Shown here piece after piece: positions 26,890 through 39,193 of a stretch of 64,000 bases of DNA (positions are counted from its first letter, which is position 1; each line of letters begins with the position of its first letter). The stretch is from positions 66,960,001 to 67,024,000 of the forward strand of contig NC_042997.1 in assembly GCF_006345805.1 (NCBI RefSeq), in the 5' to 3' direction. Under the pieces are notes generated by a model. The model had not been told where the DNA came from and searched no databases. It saw only the letters and a program-made list of their open reading frames with translations. The DNA is from Octopus sinensis (lineage: Eukaryota). A program made the translations under genes and the position numbers.

Positions 26890-28195
26890 CTCATTTCAAG
26901 ATAGATTGTTCAATTCTTCGAGCTTCAAATGCTTTACATCTATTGTAGATAATTTATTTCCAAACCAATCGATCTTGCGTCATCTGCTCCCAGTTTTCAA
27001 CTTTCGCATTAAAGAGCATTAAGGTTGCTTTTGACAGCATCCCTAAAACGTTTCTTAGGTCCATGTCTCGGACGTTTGCCACGCTGCAACTCCCCGTAAA
27101 ACAACTGCTTTGGCAACCTGTCATCCTGCATATTAGCAAGGTGCCCAACCCAACGCATCTGTTTGCGTATGAGGATCATTTCAATACAGGATGTGTTAGC
27201 TTGCTGAAGAACAACGGTGTCTGGTGTTAAAGACTTCCATTTGATGTCTAGTATCCTCCTTAGGTAAGCCTGATGGAATCTTTCTAAAGTCTTGATGTGG
27301 CGCCGATATGTCGTCTAGGTCTCAGAAGAGTACAGGAGGACCGTTAAAATGCAAGATTCATAGATACTAAGCTTGGTTTTGAAGGTGATACCTCTATCAG
27401 ACCACACACGATTTTCAAGCCTTCCAAATGCTTTGCTGGCCTTTTCAATTCTCAAGTTTATTTTAGAATCAAGGGAGCCATCTCTAGAGAGAGTGCTGCC
27501 AAGATAGATGAACGAGTGCCCTGGACAAAGATGTTAGGTTCCACATAGTGTTGGCCTGGTGGCTGAGAGAACATGATCTTTGTTTTCTTTAGACTGATAG
27601 TAAGCCCCAAACCAATACAAGCTCCAGAGAAGAGATCCAATATAGCCTGTATATCCTGCTTGGTGTAAGCAACGAAAGCTACATCATCAGCATAAAGGAT
27701 CTCATGAACAAGGGCCTGGAATGTCTTCGATTTTGCATTAAAGCGTTTGGCATCAAATACCTTACCTGTGGTTCTGAAGCGAATATAGACGCCGATATCA
27801 CTGTCTTAGAAAGCGTTCAAGATAGTTACAGCAAAATATATGGAAAAAAGTGTTGGAGCAGCAATATCACCTTGTTTAACTCTATTATCGATGGAAATTG
27901 GTTCCGACAGTGATCCATTGAAGTTAAGACGAGCTTTTATATCACTATGAAGTTGTTTAAACAAGTTGACAAATTGAGGTGGACATCCAAGTTTACCAAG
28001 AATGGTCCAAAGAACGGTCCTATTAACAGTGTCGAAGGCTTTTGTAAAATCGACAAATACCTAGTAAAGAGCTATGCGATGTTCGATGCATTTCTCTCGA
28101 AGTTGAGCAGGAAAAATCATGTCCATTATGCCACGACTTGATCTAAAACTACACTGCCTCTCCGGGGTGATAGAGGGGCATATCCACATTGCTAG
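26890..28195 (-). pseudogene. Decayed RTE-clade RT fragment (second family)
   Basis: Minus-strand remnants DMIF..QLREKCIE, LYADD (about 27670-27700) and the C-terminal WEQMTQDRLVWK region; many stops. Confidence 0.8.
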
Positions 28196-28199
28196 CCGA

Positions 28200-28230
<31 letters not shown>

Positions 28231-28384
28231 CATACATACATACATACATACATACATACATACATACATGCATACATACATACATGCATACATACATACA
28301 TATGTATGTGTGTGAGTATGTGTATATATATGTGTGTGTGAGTATATATATGTACATACACACACACACACACATATATATTTA

Positions 28385-28610
28385 TCTACTTGTTTCAGTC
28401 ATTTGACTGCGGCCATGCTGGAGTACCGCCTTAAAGGTTTTCTTAGTTGAAGAAATTGACCCAGCACTTATTCCTTGTACGCCTAGTGCTTATTCAGTCG
28501 GTCTTTTTGCTGACCCGCTAAGTTACAGGGACGTAAACACACCAATATCTGTTGTCAAGCGATGGTAGAGGTACAAACACTGACACAAAAACACACATAA
28601 ATGAATAAAT
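28385..28610 (-). mobile_element. SINE family B, 3' half (5' half at 33150-33305)
   Basis: Reverse complement of the SINE B 3' body. Confidence 0.7.
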
Positions 28611-28630
28611 AATTAAATAAATGTGTGTGC

Positions 28631-28701
<71 letters not shown>

Positions 28702-28702
<1 letters not shown>

Positions 28703-29119
28703 CTCTATATATAAAACTGAAATGCGTTTTTACCGCTTGGTTCGCTTTCAACGCCACTACATCCCGTCCGATTCGCTCCAAAATTTACACGGACATGTAG
28801 AATGAGGTGACGATGCGCGTGGGCTACCTTCCAAATCCCTATCTTAAAAGGTGTGGTTGCTAGGGGCCATCTTCCTACCTCACCCTATTTCCTCCAGTAC
28901 TCTGTCACTCCTCTTCATTTGACAATGCAACTACCGTTATTTAATGTAAAGTCTTCCTCAAATCACTGTCGCTATTTACTCTCTTCCAAGAACATTTTCA
29001 CTCACTCTTATCGCTTACCTTCCTATACATTTTACTCATGTATCTATCAGCGTTCATGGACAGTAACAAATATTACATCGCCATCCCCATCGCCATCGCA
29101 TTCTATTGTCTACCTGTCA

Positions 29120-29150
<31 letters not shown>

Positions 29151-32100
29151 CATATATCTAATATTATATTTTTATGTTTTTGTTTTTATACTGTTTCATT
29201 TCCCTGTTAGTGGTTTGATCTCTAATTTAATTTCTACAGTGCGCGCACACACACACACCCCTATATGTGGCCCCAGTAGACCCGAATGAAATCGGGTTCT
29301 CTTCATCAAAATGTGAAAAGGGGTCTAGAATTATCATCACCACAACTTATGTTTTTCCTAATGATAATTATCATCGCCACCACCAACACACAATCATGAC
29401 AATCTTTCTCTTAAAACAAATCATGTTTACATTGCAAAATATTTCATTTTCCCGTCCTCTCTTTCATATATGTGACCCAGGTTTGGGTGGCCGCACAGCT
29501 ACAATTAGACAACGGCTAAAAACATTCGATGTTGATAATGTCTGGATCGTTCCATTCAACCCTTTGCTTTCCAAAACATTTAATGCACACATTAATGTTG
29601 AGTACTGCAGTTCGGTGAGATGCATACAATACCTCTGCAAGTACATTAATAAGGGCGGTGATATGGCCGTGTTTGTGTTCAGTGATGAAGACCTTAGACA
29701 TGACGAAATTAAACAATTCGTTTGGGGTAGGTATGTATCCTCCAATTAAGCAGCGTGGCGCATTTTTGGATACGAGATTCATCTAAGCTCACCATCAGTT
29801 TTCCACCTGAATGTTCATTTACAGAAGAGACAGCTGGTTTACTTCACAGAGAAAAATGCACGTCAAGTCATTGAAAATCCAAAAGGGATTACGCTTACAG
29901 CATTTTTTAAATTGTGTTCAGTTGATGAGTTTGCTGCTACTCTCATTTACCTTGAAGTACCGGAATATTACACATACAACAACAATAATTGGAAGCGCAG
30001 GTCACATGGAACAGAACTTGACAATTGGCCCGGTGTTTCTAGGAAGAACGTCATTGGGCGTGTGTATAATATCCATCCTACCAAACAGGAAATCTTTTTG
30101 AGAATGCTACTTCATGTAGTTACTGGACCGAAGTCTTTTGCTGATCTTCGCACGGTTGATGGCATCATCTGCGCCACTTACAGGAAAGCATGTTTGAGGC
30201 GCGGACTTCTTCTCAATGACGACCACTTACACAGGACATTAGCAGAGGCCTCAAATTGTAAACTGCCATGGCAAATGCGTCGATTGTTTTGTAGCATATT
30301 AATCCACTGTAATCCCAGCAACCCTCTTAACCTTTGGGAATCGTTCAGACAGAGCCTATCAAAGGACATACAGGCTAATTTAGCGCAACGTGATGGCAAC
30401 GACGATGTTTATAATGAGGCATTAATCGACATGGACAGACACATCAGACGCTTTGTTATACGCGGTTTAAGTGAATTCCATCTGCCAACACCTGTCCATC
30501 ATGAAGCGCCTTTGGATGTTGAATACATGTCAGAAAACAACTACAACATTGCCGAATTGACGGAAACAATTACGCGAGATGAACCAAGACTTTTGCCTGA
30601 ACAAAGAGAGATTTATAATGAAATTATTGACAGCGTTAGATTGAACCAAGGAAAGCTTTTCTTTTTGAATGTTCCAGGTGGTACTGGTAAAACTTTCGTT
30701 ATCAATTTGATTCTCCCAAAGCTGCGCGCTGAACGTCGATTTGCCATTGCATGTGCCTCAAGTGGTATTGCAGCGACACTGCTTCAAGGCGGCCGTACGG
30801 CACATAGTGCATTCAAATTGCCCATGGACATTGGAAAGAAAGATAATCCTATATGTAATATAGATCGTAGTTCCTCAAGAGCAAGACTTCTTCGTGAATG
30901 CAGTCTTTTTATTTGGGATGAGGCTACAATGAGTAATAAGGCCATGTTTGAGGCTCTTGACAGAACTCTCCAAGATTTGCGTCAAAATACAAAAATAATG
31001 GGTGGAGCTACGTTTCTCATGGCAGGAGATTTTCGACAAACTCTTCCTGTTGTCCGAGCAGGCACTAGAGCTGATGAGGTTAATGCATGTATAAAGCATT
31101 CTTTTGTGTGGCACAGTGTTATCAGTCGCCATCTTCAAACAAACATGAGAGTCCACCTACATGGTGATGTGGAGTCTGAGGCTTTCGCAAAACACCTATT
31201 AGATCTTGGTGATGGAGTTTTGCCTTTCGTTGATGATGAGCATATTCGGTTGCCTTTTTGGAATTTCGTTCCAAATGTAGAAGAACTTATAAGAGCCGTT
31301 TTACCTGACGTCGAAACCAACTTCCAGGATCTCGATTGGCTAAGAGCAAGAGCTATTCTATCGCCTCATAATACAACAGCTCATGCTACAAATAAACAAG
31401 TACTTGATATGAATCCTGGTGAGATAGTTTCTTTCATGTCCATCGATACAAATAAATATGAGAATGATGCAGTCAAATATCCACCCGAGCTACTCAACAA
31501 GCTAACACCTCCGGGACTTCCACCTCATCATTTGTGTTTGAAAGTTGGTGCTCCAATCATGGTGCTCAGAAATATGGAAACGCCTGAAATATGCAATGGA
31601 ACCCGAATGGTTATTAGGAGGATTCAAAGCCATGTTATAACTGCTGAAATTTTGAGTGGACCATTTGTAGGAACAATCAAAATGATACATAAAATGAGTA
31701 TTTCACCCTCTGATGTTCCCATTCAGTTTAAACGCTTTCAATTTCCAATAAAACTATGCTTCGCGATGACAATCAACAAGTCACAGGGACAATCACTGGA
31801 CATTGTAGGCATTAACCTGTCACAACCGGTTTTCAGTCATGGTCAATTGTACGTAGCCTGTTCTCGAGTTGGAAATCCACATAAACTCTTCATTCTTGGC
31901 AATCATGAGCGCACAAGGAACGTGGTTTATCAGGAGGCTCTGACAAAAGAAAACTGATTGTAAGTCATGAAATTTTGCTTGATTTTTTATTTTGCACCTC
32001 TTCATTATCTCTTCATTCTTGAAAATAAAGACATTAAAAAGAACATGGTTCATAAAGAACATTGGGTTCAGATGTTTGCAAACATTTGATCCAACTCATT

Positions 32101-32838
32101 CTCTTTATTCCTCATTTTCCGATTCCTTCTACGTCTCCATTAAACGGTTTTGTCAAGTTATTGTTTCTTCGCTAACATAAGACATTCATAAAGTGAATGA
32201 GTTGTTAATTACATTTTATACACTATTCCATTGTTTAGGTGGTGTCGAAAGGACTGGCATGTGTCACCATATAAACTCTCTCAGTCAAACTCCCAACTCA
32301 TGAGTTCACATCGTGATACTCTTTCTACAAAACTGAGCTGGGTGTGAATTATAATTTCATTCACTATAACAGATTTTTTAATTTTTGAAACAAACACATT
32401 GCCTCTTTCGTTTTAAAACAATAAAACAATACTACCTTAATACATTGGTCCAACAAACAAAACATCGAACACTCTCATTCTTTTATGTATCTGTCTTCCT
32501 CCATCACTCACTCACTTTTCTCCCTTCCTTTCACTTTCTATCTATAACGTCGTTTCACAGCGTCTACCTCCCTTACATTCACTTTCTCTTTATAACGTCG
32601 TTTCACAGCGTCCGTTATCCCCCTCCCTGCCTTCCACAGCGCTTTCACACACTCTCACTCTCCACGTCTGTCTGCATTCATAGAGAGAATTATCATCGCC
32701 ACAACCACCACTCAATCATGACAACAAATATTATGAATCAGATATTTATTGGGTTAATTTATATATGTGTTTGTGTATCTATATATAAATATGTATATAT
32801 AATAATCTTTATATATACAAAGTGCATATATCTGTATT

Positions 32839-32882
<44 letters not shown>

Positions 32883-32944
32883 GTATACATTTATATATAT
32901 ATACCACACTCTTACCCGCGCGTAGAGCGGGTCACCTTCAGCTA

Positions 32945-32945
<1 letters not shown>
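28702..32945 (+). mobile_element. Helitron (B), internally deleted, with Rep C-terminus and Pif1-family helicase
   Basis: A|TC 5' end; same 3' hairpin and CTAG|T as Helitron A; RepHel coding region inside. Confidence 0.95.
29267..31957 (+). pseudogene. Helitron RepHel remnant: one reading frame with a single in-frame TAA (29747-29749)
   Basis: Rep motif FNAHINVE..YLCKYINKG (homology begins about 29474; N-terminal Rep/HUH missing). Helicase motifs PGGTGKT, SSGIAATLL.GGRTAHS.FKLP, IWDEATM, GDFRQTLPV, FAMTINKSQGQSL, HGQLYVACSRV. The 29267 and 29912 ORFs share a frame. Confidence 0.92.
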
Positions 32946-33014
<69 letters not shown>

Positions 33015-33017
<3 letters not shown>

Positions 33018-33127
33018 CTGCTCGCTTAGCCAGCGGGGTGGCGTCATTTGAAGGCTAAAAAGCAATGCGAAGCGCATTGTGACCAGCGATGTGTAACAAC
33101 ATCTGATAGCTTGGTCGGTCACGTGAT
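33015..33127 (+). repeat. Structured dispersed repeat (probable SINE/LINE 3' tail); second copy at 57025-57134
   Basis: Two near-identical copies GGCCTGCTCGCTTAGCCAGCGGGGTGG..GGTCGGTCACGTGAT, each next to TA-rich simple repeats. Confidence 0.7.
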
Positions 33128-33149
33128 CAAGTGATATATATATATATAT

Positions 33150-33305
33150 ATATGACAGGCTTCTTTCACTTTCCATATACCAAATCCACTCACAAGGTTT
33201 TGGTCGGCCTGAGACTATATTAGAAGACACTTGCCTAAGGTGCCGCGTAGTGGGACAGAACCCGAAACCATGTGTTTGGGAAGCAAGCTTATCACACAGC
33301 CACGA
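33150..33305 (-). mobile_element. SINE family B, 5' half
   Basis: Reverse complement of the GTGGCTGTGTG..AAGCTTGCTTCCCAAACACATGGTTTCGGGTTC head. Confidence 0.75.
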
Positions 33306-33322
33306 CATATATATATACACAC

Positions 33323-33385
<63 letters not shown>

Positions 33386-33397
33386 ATGTATATATAT

Positions 33398-33896
33398 ATA
33401 AAGGTAAATAAATGGCACAACGAAGTACCGATATTTACTGGAAAGCAATACTCTAGTATTGCATTACTATTTTCATTGAAACTTCTTCACTGTTCTCGTT
33501 CTGTCAACGTTTTGGCGTTCAGTCGAGTGTATTGGCATGGATGTGACAACATCTGAAATGTTGTCGAGGTATATGTGGCTGATGAAGATAAATCAAATAT
33601 ATGTGGGCAGACATATTTTGAAGAATCTGAAACCGGTACCACATTATCCCTTTCTAGGTATTTCATTTTTCAGATGTTCTCCCTAGAGGTAAGACAATTT
33701 TTTTCATGTTTGTTGCACACACGCATTTTTGCTAGTACATACGCAGTGAAGCTATACATTAGCGTCGTATTTATTATGTTCGCTATTTTCCAGTAAATAT
33801 CGGTACTTCGTTGTGCCATTTATTTACCTTTATGTATAATTTTCCCTCACGGGCTATCCTTTACTGGAAAGCAATACTCTAGTATTGCATTACTAT

Positions 33897-33901
<5 letters not shown>
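33398..33901 (+). mobile_element. Penelope-like terminal (pseudo-LTR-like) cassette with inverted + direct repeats in (TA)n
   Basis: Perfect 47-bp inverted repeat 33398-33444/33787-33833; 42-bp direct repeat 33434-33475/33860-33901; central hammerhead. The PLE assignment is inference. Confidence 0.6.
33573..33644 (+). ncRNA. Type I hammerhead ribozyme motif (HHR1), GUA cleavage after 33638
   Basis: ATGTGG-CTGATGA-AGAT..ATCT-GAAA-CCGG-TA|CCACAT: 6-bp stem I, stem II, palindromic stem III ACCGGU, intact core. Confidence 0.85.
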
Positions 33902-33974
<73 letters not shown>

Positions 33975-34075
33975 ATATATATATGTATATATATATATGT
34001 GTGTGTATATATATATATATGTATATATGTATATGTATATATATATATGTGTGTATATATATATGTATATATGTA

Positions 34076-35307
34076 CGAGGGGCGTTCAATAAGTAATGCC
34101 TCTGACCCACTTGCAGTTGTTTGATCTAGCTGAAATTTTGCATGTGCAATTATTTATACCTGTGGTTTCTGATTTACAGGTGTTTGAACTGAATCAAGTG
34201 TGAAATGGAGCCTGTTGAGTGTCGAGCAGTGATCTGGTTTTTGTATTTGAAAGGACGCACACCACGGGAGACTTTTGATGAAATGAAAGTAACTTATGGT
34301 GATGATGCCCCATCATATGACCTTGTAAAACGCTGGCATTGTGAATTCAAACATAGTCGGAACTCTGTGGAAACAGCTCCCAGATCTGGTCGCCCCCTTC
34401 TGCCGTTGATGAGACGTCTGTCCGTCAAGTTGAGGCTGCCATTTTGGAAGGTCAACGCATAACTATTCGCCAAATAGCCCATAATGTCAAGATTAGTACC
34501 GGGTCTGTGGAAACTATCATTCATGACCATTTGCATATGCAAAAGGTGTCTGCCAGATGGATTTCCAGGTTGCTCACACCTATCCAGAAGCAAGAACGCG
34601 TTGAGTGCTCGAGGATGAATTTGGAGATGTGCCAAGAAGATGAGTCAAAATTTTTCAAAAGACTGATCACACAGGATAAAACCTGGGTCCATCACTATGA
34701 TCCATAGACCAAAGCCCAGTCAATGCAGTGAAAGCACCGTGACTCACCTCCTCCAAAGAAGGCAAGGGTGCAGCCCTCCGCTGACAAGGTTATGCTCACA
34801 GTCTTCTGGGACCAGGACGGAGTAGTGATGACAGATTTCCTGGCAAAGGGTACCACAATTACAGGAGCCTATTATGCTTCACTTTTGAGGAAATTAAGAG
34901 AAGCTATCAAAATCAAGAGGCAGGGCAAGATCAGCAAAGGCATCCTCCTCCTGCAGGACAACGCTCCGGTCCACAACTCGCGTGTCGCCAGATCAGAAGC
35001 ACAGGCGTGCAGCTATGAACTCCTCCCCTTGCACCCTCTGATTTTCACCTCTTCCCAGCCATGAAGTTGATTTTGAAAGGAAAGCGTTTCCCAGATGATG
35101 CAGCCTTGATTTCTGAAGTCACGTCGTGGTTGGAGGACCAAGCTGGGGTCTTCTACAAAAACGGTCTCCAGAGCTGTATCAAACGATGGGAGAAATGCAT
35201 AACTCTGGGTAGTTCATATGTAGGAAAAGACTAATAACTGTGCCAAGTGTCGTTGCTCTACTGCTATGGGAAGTGGGTCAGGGGCATTACTTATTGAACG
35301 CTCCTCG
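34076..35307 (+). mobile_element. Full-length mariner (irritans/Himar-like), transposase pseudogene
   Basis: TIR CGAGG(G/A)GCGTTCAATAAGTAATGCC extending to about 37 bp; TA duplication; MEPVECRAVI start at 34205; motifs RSGRP, SARWISRLL, TWVHHYDP, KVMLTVFWD, LQDNAPVH, SDFHLF; stops, frameshifts and a deleted YSPDL. Subfamily call is from recalled motifs. Confidence 0.92.
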
Positions 35308-35331
35308 TATATATATATATGCATACATATA

Positions 35332-35436
<105 letters not shown>

Positions 35437-35475
35437 GTATATATATACATACATATATATATATATATATATATG

Positions 35476-35507
<32 letters not shown>

Positions 35508-35597
35508 TATATCTAATATAGGATAAAATTTTCAAAAAATTTTATCAATGGCCAGCATATTGAAAAATACCATTTAAGGTGAAAATTATAAGCAACT

Positions 35598-35812
35598 TTA
35601 TAAATAAGGGCAAAAGAAAAATATTCCTATGCCAAATATGCTGAGAATAGACTTTAAATCGTCAATAACCATATATAATTCATCAATAAATTTTTTTCAG
35701 CTTGCTTCGAGACGCGTGCTTATAGTGATGAATTATATATGGTTATTGACAATTTAAAGTCTATTCTCAGCATATTTGGCATAGAAACTTTTGTTTTTGC
35801 CCTTATTTATAA
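35598..35812. repeat. About 88-bp near-perfect inverted repeat, 40-nt loop, abutting (TA)n
   Basis: 35598-35685 versus 35726-35812, with a handful of mismatches. Confidence 0.9.
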
Positions 35813-35828
35813 TATATATATGTGTGTG

Positions 35829-35907
<79 letters not shown>

Positions 35908-36031
35908 ATATATATATGTATATATATGTATGTATATATATATATGTATGTATATATATATATGTATATATATATATACACGTATATATATATACATATA
36001 CATACATATATATATATATATACACATATAT

Positions 36032-36142
<111 letters not shown>

Positions 36143-36615
36143 CACGTATATATATGTGGAGAGGTTGAATTTTAATTCATCCTTTACTTTGGAGGGTTCC
36201 AAAGGGCGATTTCTAACACAGATTCTTTATATTTTGCTGGTATCTTATTGGCGTAAGGTTTTTGCGAATACAAATTTATTATTATTATTACATGTATATG
36301 GTGTGCTATGAGAATTTATGGAAAAGTATCCCATAGAAACTCAACATGTAGGTTAAAAAAATAAAGAAGGGAGGATGCTGAAATATACACGAATTTTAAT
36401 ACATCCATACTATCGTCTCGAACAGCGATATTACCATGTGAATAACATGGTAGAATAATTAAAATTAAGTTGATTAAATCAAATTAATTACGTATCGTCA
36501 GTGGAAAAAGTATAGAACAAAATTATTATTATTATTATTTGATGAAGGAAATGGCAGATAACAAAATTCGGATAAACATATTTTATCCTTATGGAAAATT
36601 GAGAGCATACTAAAG

Positions 36616-36672
36616 AATGTTGTTGAGTCTAGTTGTGCACAAACTAATTTATGCACAACAAGCCTCAACAAC

Positions 36673-36675
<3 letters not shown>
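36616..36675. repeat. Terminal hairpin abutting (TA)n
   Basis: AATGTTGTTGAG/CTCAACAACATT 12-bp stem plus TTGTGCA/TGCACAA 7-bp stem. Confidence 0.8.
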
Positions 36676-36754
<79 letters not shown>

Positions 36755-36843
36755 GGGAGAATTCACAAAAAAACAAAGGACGAAGGCAGGTGGTGTAGAC
36801 AACAAACAGATGTATTAGTATAACGCTCGGGAAGTGAAAAAGT

Positions 36844-36879
36844 CTTTAACGTTTCGAGCCTACGTTCTTCCACAGAAAG
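36844..36879 (-). ncRNA. Variant minimal hammerhead-like motif in a short TA-embedded repeat (36750-36903)
   Basis: Minus strand CTTT-CTGTGGA-A-GAAC-GTAG-GCTC-GAAA-CG-TT|AAAG: 4-bp stem I, ACGU palindrome; A6U change, one stem II mismatch, GUU site. Confidence 0.35.
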
Positions 36880-36898
36880 GAACACAGAAAGAAAAAGG

Positions 36899-37043
<145 letters not shown>

Positions 37044-37072
37044 TATATATGTATACACACACACATATATAC

Positions 37073-37304
37073 TATTTCTTTACTACCCACAAGGGGCTAA
37101 ACACAGAGGGGACAAACAAGGACAGACAAACGGATTAAGTCGATTACATCGACCCCAGTGGGTAACTGGTACTTATTTAATCGACCCCGAAAGGATGAAA
37201 GGCAAAGTCGACCTCGGCGGAATTTGAACTCAGGACGTAACGGCAGACGAAATACGGCTACGCATTTCGCCCGGCGTGCTAACGTTTCTGCCAGCTCGCC
37301 GCCT
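37073..37304 (-). mobile_element. tRNA-derived SINE (family A)
   Basis: Reverse complement of GGCGGCGAGCTGGCAGAA..GAGTTCAAATTCC (B box)..GCCTTTCATCCTTTCGGGGTCGA..AAGTACCAG. Confidence 0.85.
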
Positions 37305-37341
<37 letters not shown>

Positions 37342-37801
37342 GCACACACACATATATATATATGTATATGCACACAAAAATATATGTATATATGTATATA
37401 TATATATATATATATAAGAGAGGGCGACACATCTTAACTGTGTTAGTAGTGAAGAAAGAAAGCAGCCAAGTTATCTCTACAGGTACCAGGCCAAAAAGAA
37501 AGTGAGACAGTGAAAGAAAGTGAGATAGAAAAAGATGACATTTAGCAATCCGTATTTATAGCAATTCTTTAACTAACTAGGCAACAGCAAACGAAAAGAT
37601 ATTTTGTGGGTTATCTAGGTTGAACTGATCATAGCACAAGATAGTCAAGAAGTCGACAGCTGAATGTTCTAAATCTCCAAGTGCAATTTGAGGAACAAAG
37701 GAAAAAAATCTTGTAGAAACATTCTGGCTGCCTTGTGTTAAGTTCAGTTCAACATAAATAAATCACAAAATATCTTTTCGTTTGCTGTCATCTAGTTATG
37801 A

Positions 37802-38030
37802 GGCGGCGAGCTGGCAGAATCGTTAGCACGCCGGGCGAAATGCGTAGCCGTATTTAGTCTGTCGTTACGTTCTGAGTTCAAATTCCGCTGAGGTCGATTT
37901 TGCCTTTCATCCTCTCGGGGTCGATAAATAAAGTACCAGTTTCACACTGGGTCGATGTAATCGACTTAATCCCTTTGTCTGTCCTTGTTTGTCCCCTCTA
38001 TGTTTAGCCCCTTGTGGGTAGTAAAGAAAT
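37802..38030 (+). mobile_element. tRNA-derived SINE (family A), inverted partner of 37073-37304
   Basis: Same sequence in the opposite orientation, over 90% identical by eye. Confidence 0.85.
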
Positions 38031-38038
38031 ATATATAT

Positions 38039-39193
38039 TGTTACGAGGGGGTACCTTCGTCGAACGAAAGCTGTTACGGAATCCCTCACACAGGCCCGTT
38101 CGATGCAGCGAATGTTCGCCACGGAAACTCAGAGAGGAGAGAGACAACGACAACAGCAGCAGCCGCAAGAAGACACAGAGGCAATCGAGAGAGACACAAA
38201 GAGACAAGGCAATTGGCTTACATTTAACAACTAGTTTATATGACTATTACAATTGTTACAACATCAATTACATATCAAGATACATCAAAGCATTTAAACA
38301 TGCAAGTAACAACACATCAAATTCAATAACAACAGCATTTCAAGAGTACACGTCCGGAGACAACAGTTCCATTTCAAATCACATTAAAGGCATATACAAT
38401 GTTCATTACACAGTTCTCTCTTCAACAACTCTGTACACAATGTCTTTACACAGTTCACATTGTTCTTTTCACTGTCTCATTTCTTTTCAACATTTCGATA
38501 CATCGATTCCTTTTCCTTCTTTTTCTTCACATATCAATACATAATTCACGTACCTTACATTAGCCAACGCCTCATATTGTACTTCCTCTCTATCAGCCGC
38601 CTATTCCTCTGCATATCCCTCTCTCCGCCACAGCAGAACTGCTTGCCCCGAATTCCAAATACTGGCCGCTAAATCCAACTTGCCAACCGCCTGCCCTGAA
38701 CTCCAAATACCGACTGCCAAAACCTCTTGCTCTCTCACCACCCCCAATCTCCCTTAGCACTACTAATATTCTCACTATCGCCGCTTGGCCCTATCTGCCT
38801 GTCTTCATCGACGCTGTCACTGTCATTCTCTCACGACAGGCTCCCCAGATTCCTTACTCTGTCTTCCTCGGCCCTCACATTTCTCTGACCCCTTTCTCCT
38901 CTCTTAATCTACTGTCATCTCTCATGACAGCTCCCAGATTCCTTACTCTGTCTTCCTCGGCCCTCACATTTCTCTGACCTCTTCTCCTCTCTTAATCTAC
39001 TGTCATCTCTCATTACAGCTCCCAGATTCCTTACTCTGTCTTCCTCGGCCCTTTCTTGACCGGCAAAAGGCCAAAGGTCCCTCCAAAAGCCATTACTCTT
39101 CCCAAAACAAAAGACTATAATTTTGTACTGTAGACTTTCAGACTCCACTCCCAACAAAGTAGGTCAAGAAATACTGCACCAGCCGAACCATTC

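Noticed and set aside
29912-31957. 681-aa ORF as a host PIF1 helicase gene
   Set aside because: Intronless, in frame with a Helitron Rep C-terminus, and enclosed by Helitron TC and hairpin-CTAG termini.
33015-33060. HDV-like ribozyme (GGCCTGC start, CGAA before a paired segment)
   Set aside because: No P1 3' strand, and only about 17 nt where P3, P1', P1.1 and P4 would have to fit; retained only as a pseudoknot finding.
35686-35735. GAGACGCGTG..GTGATGA in the loop of the inverted repeat as a hammerhead
   Set aside because: Core words are degenerate and in the wrong order, without supporting stems.
38819-39051. CRISPR-like array (also considered for the 8190-8480 repeats)
   Set aside because: Units are contiguous tandem copies with no unique spacers, there are no cas genes, and the context is eukaryotic.
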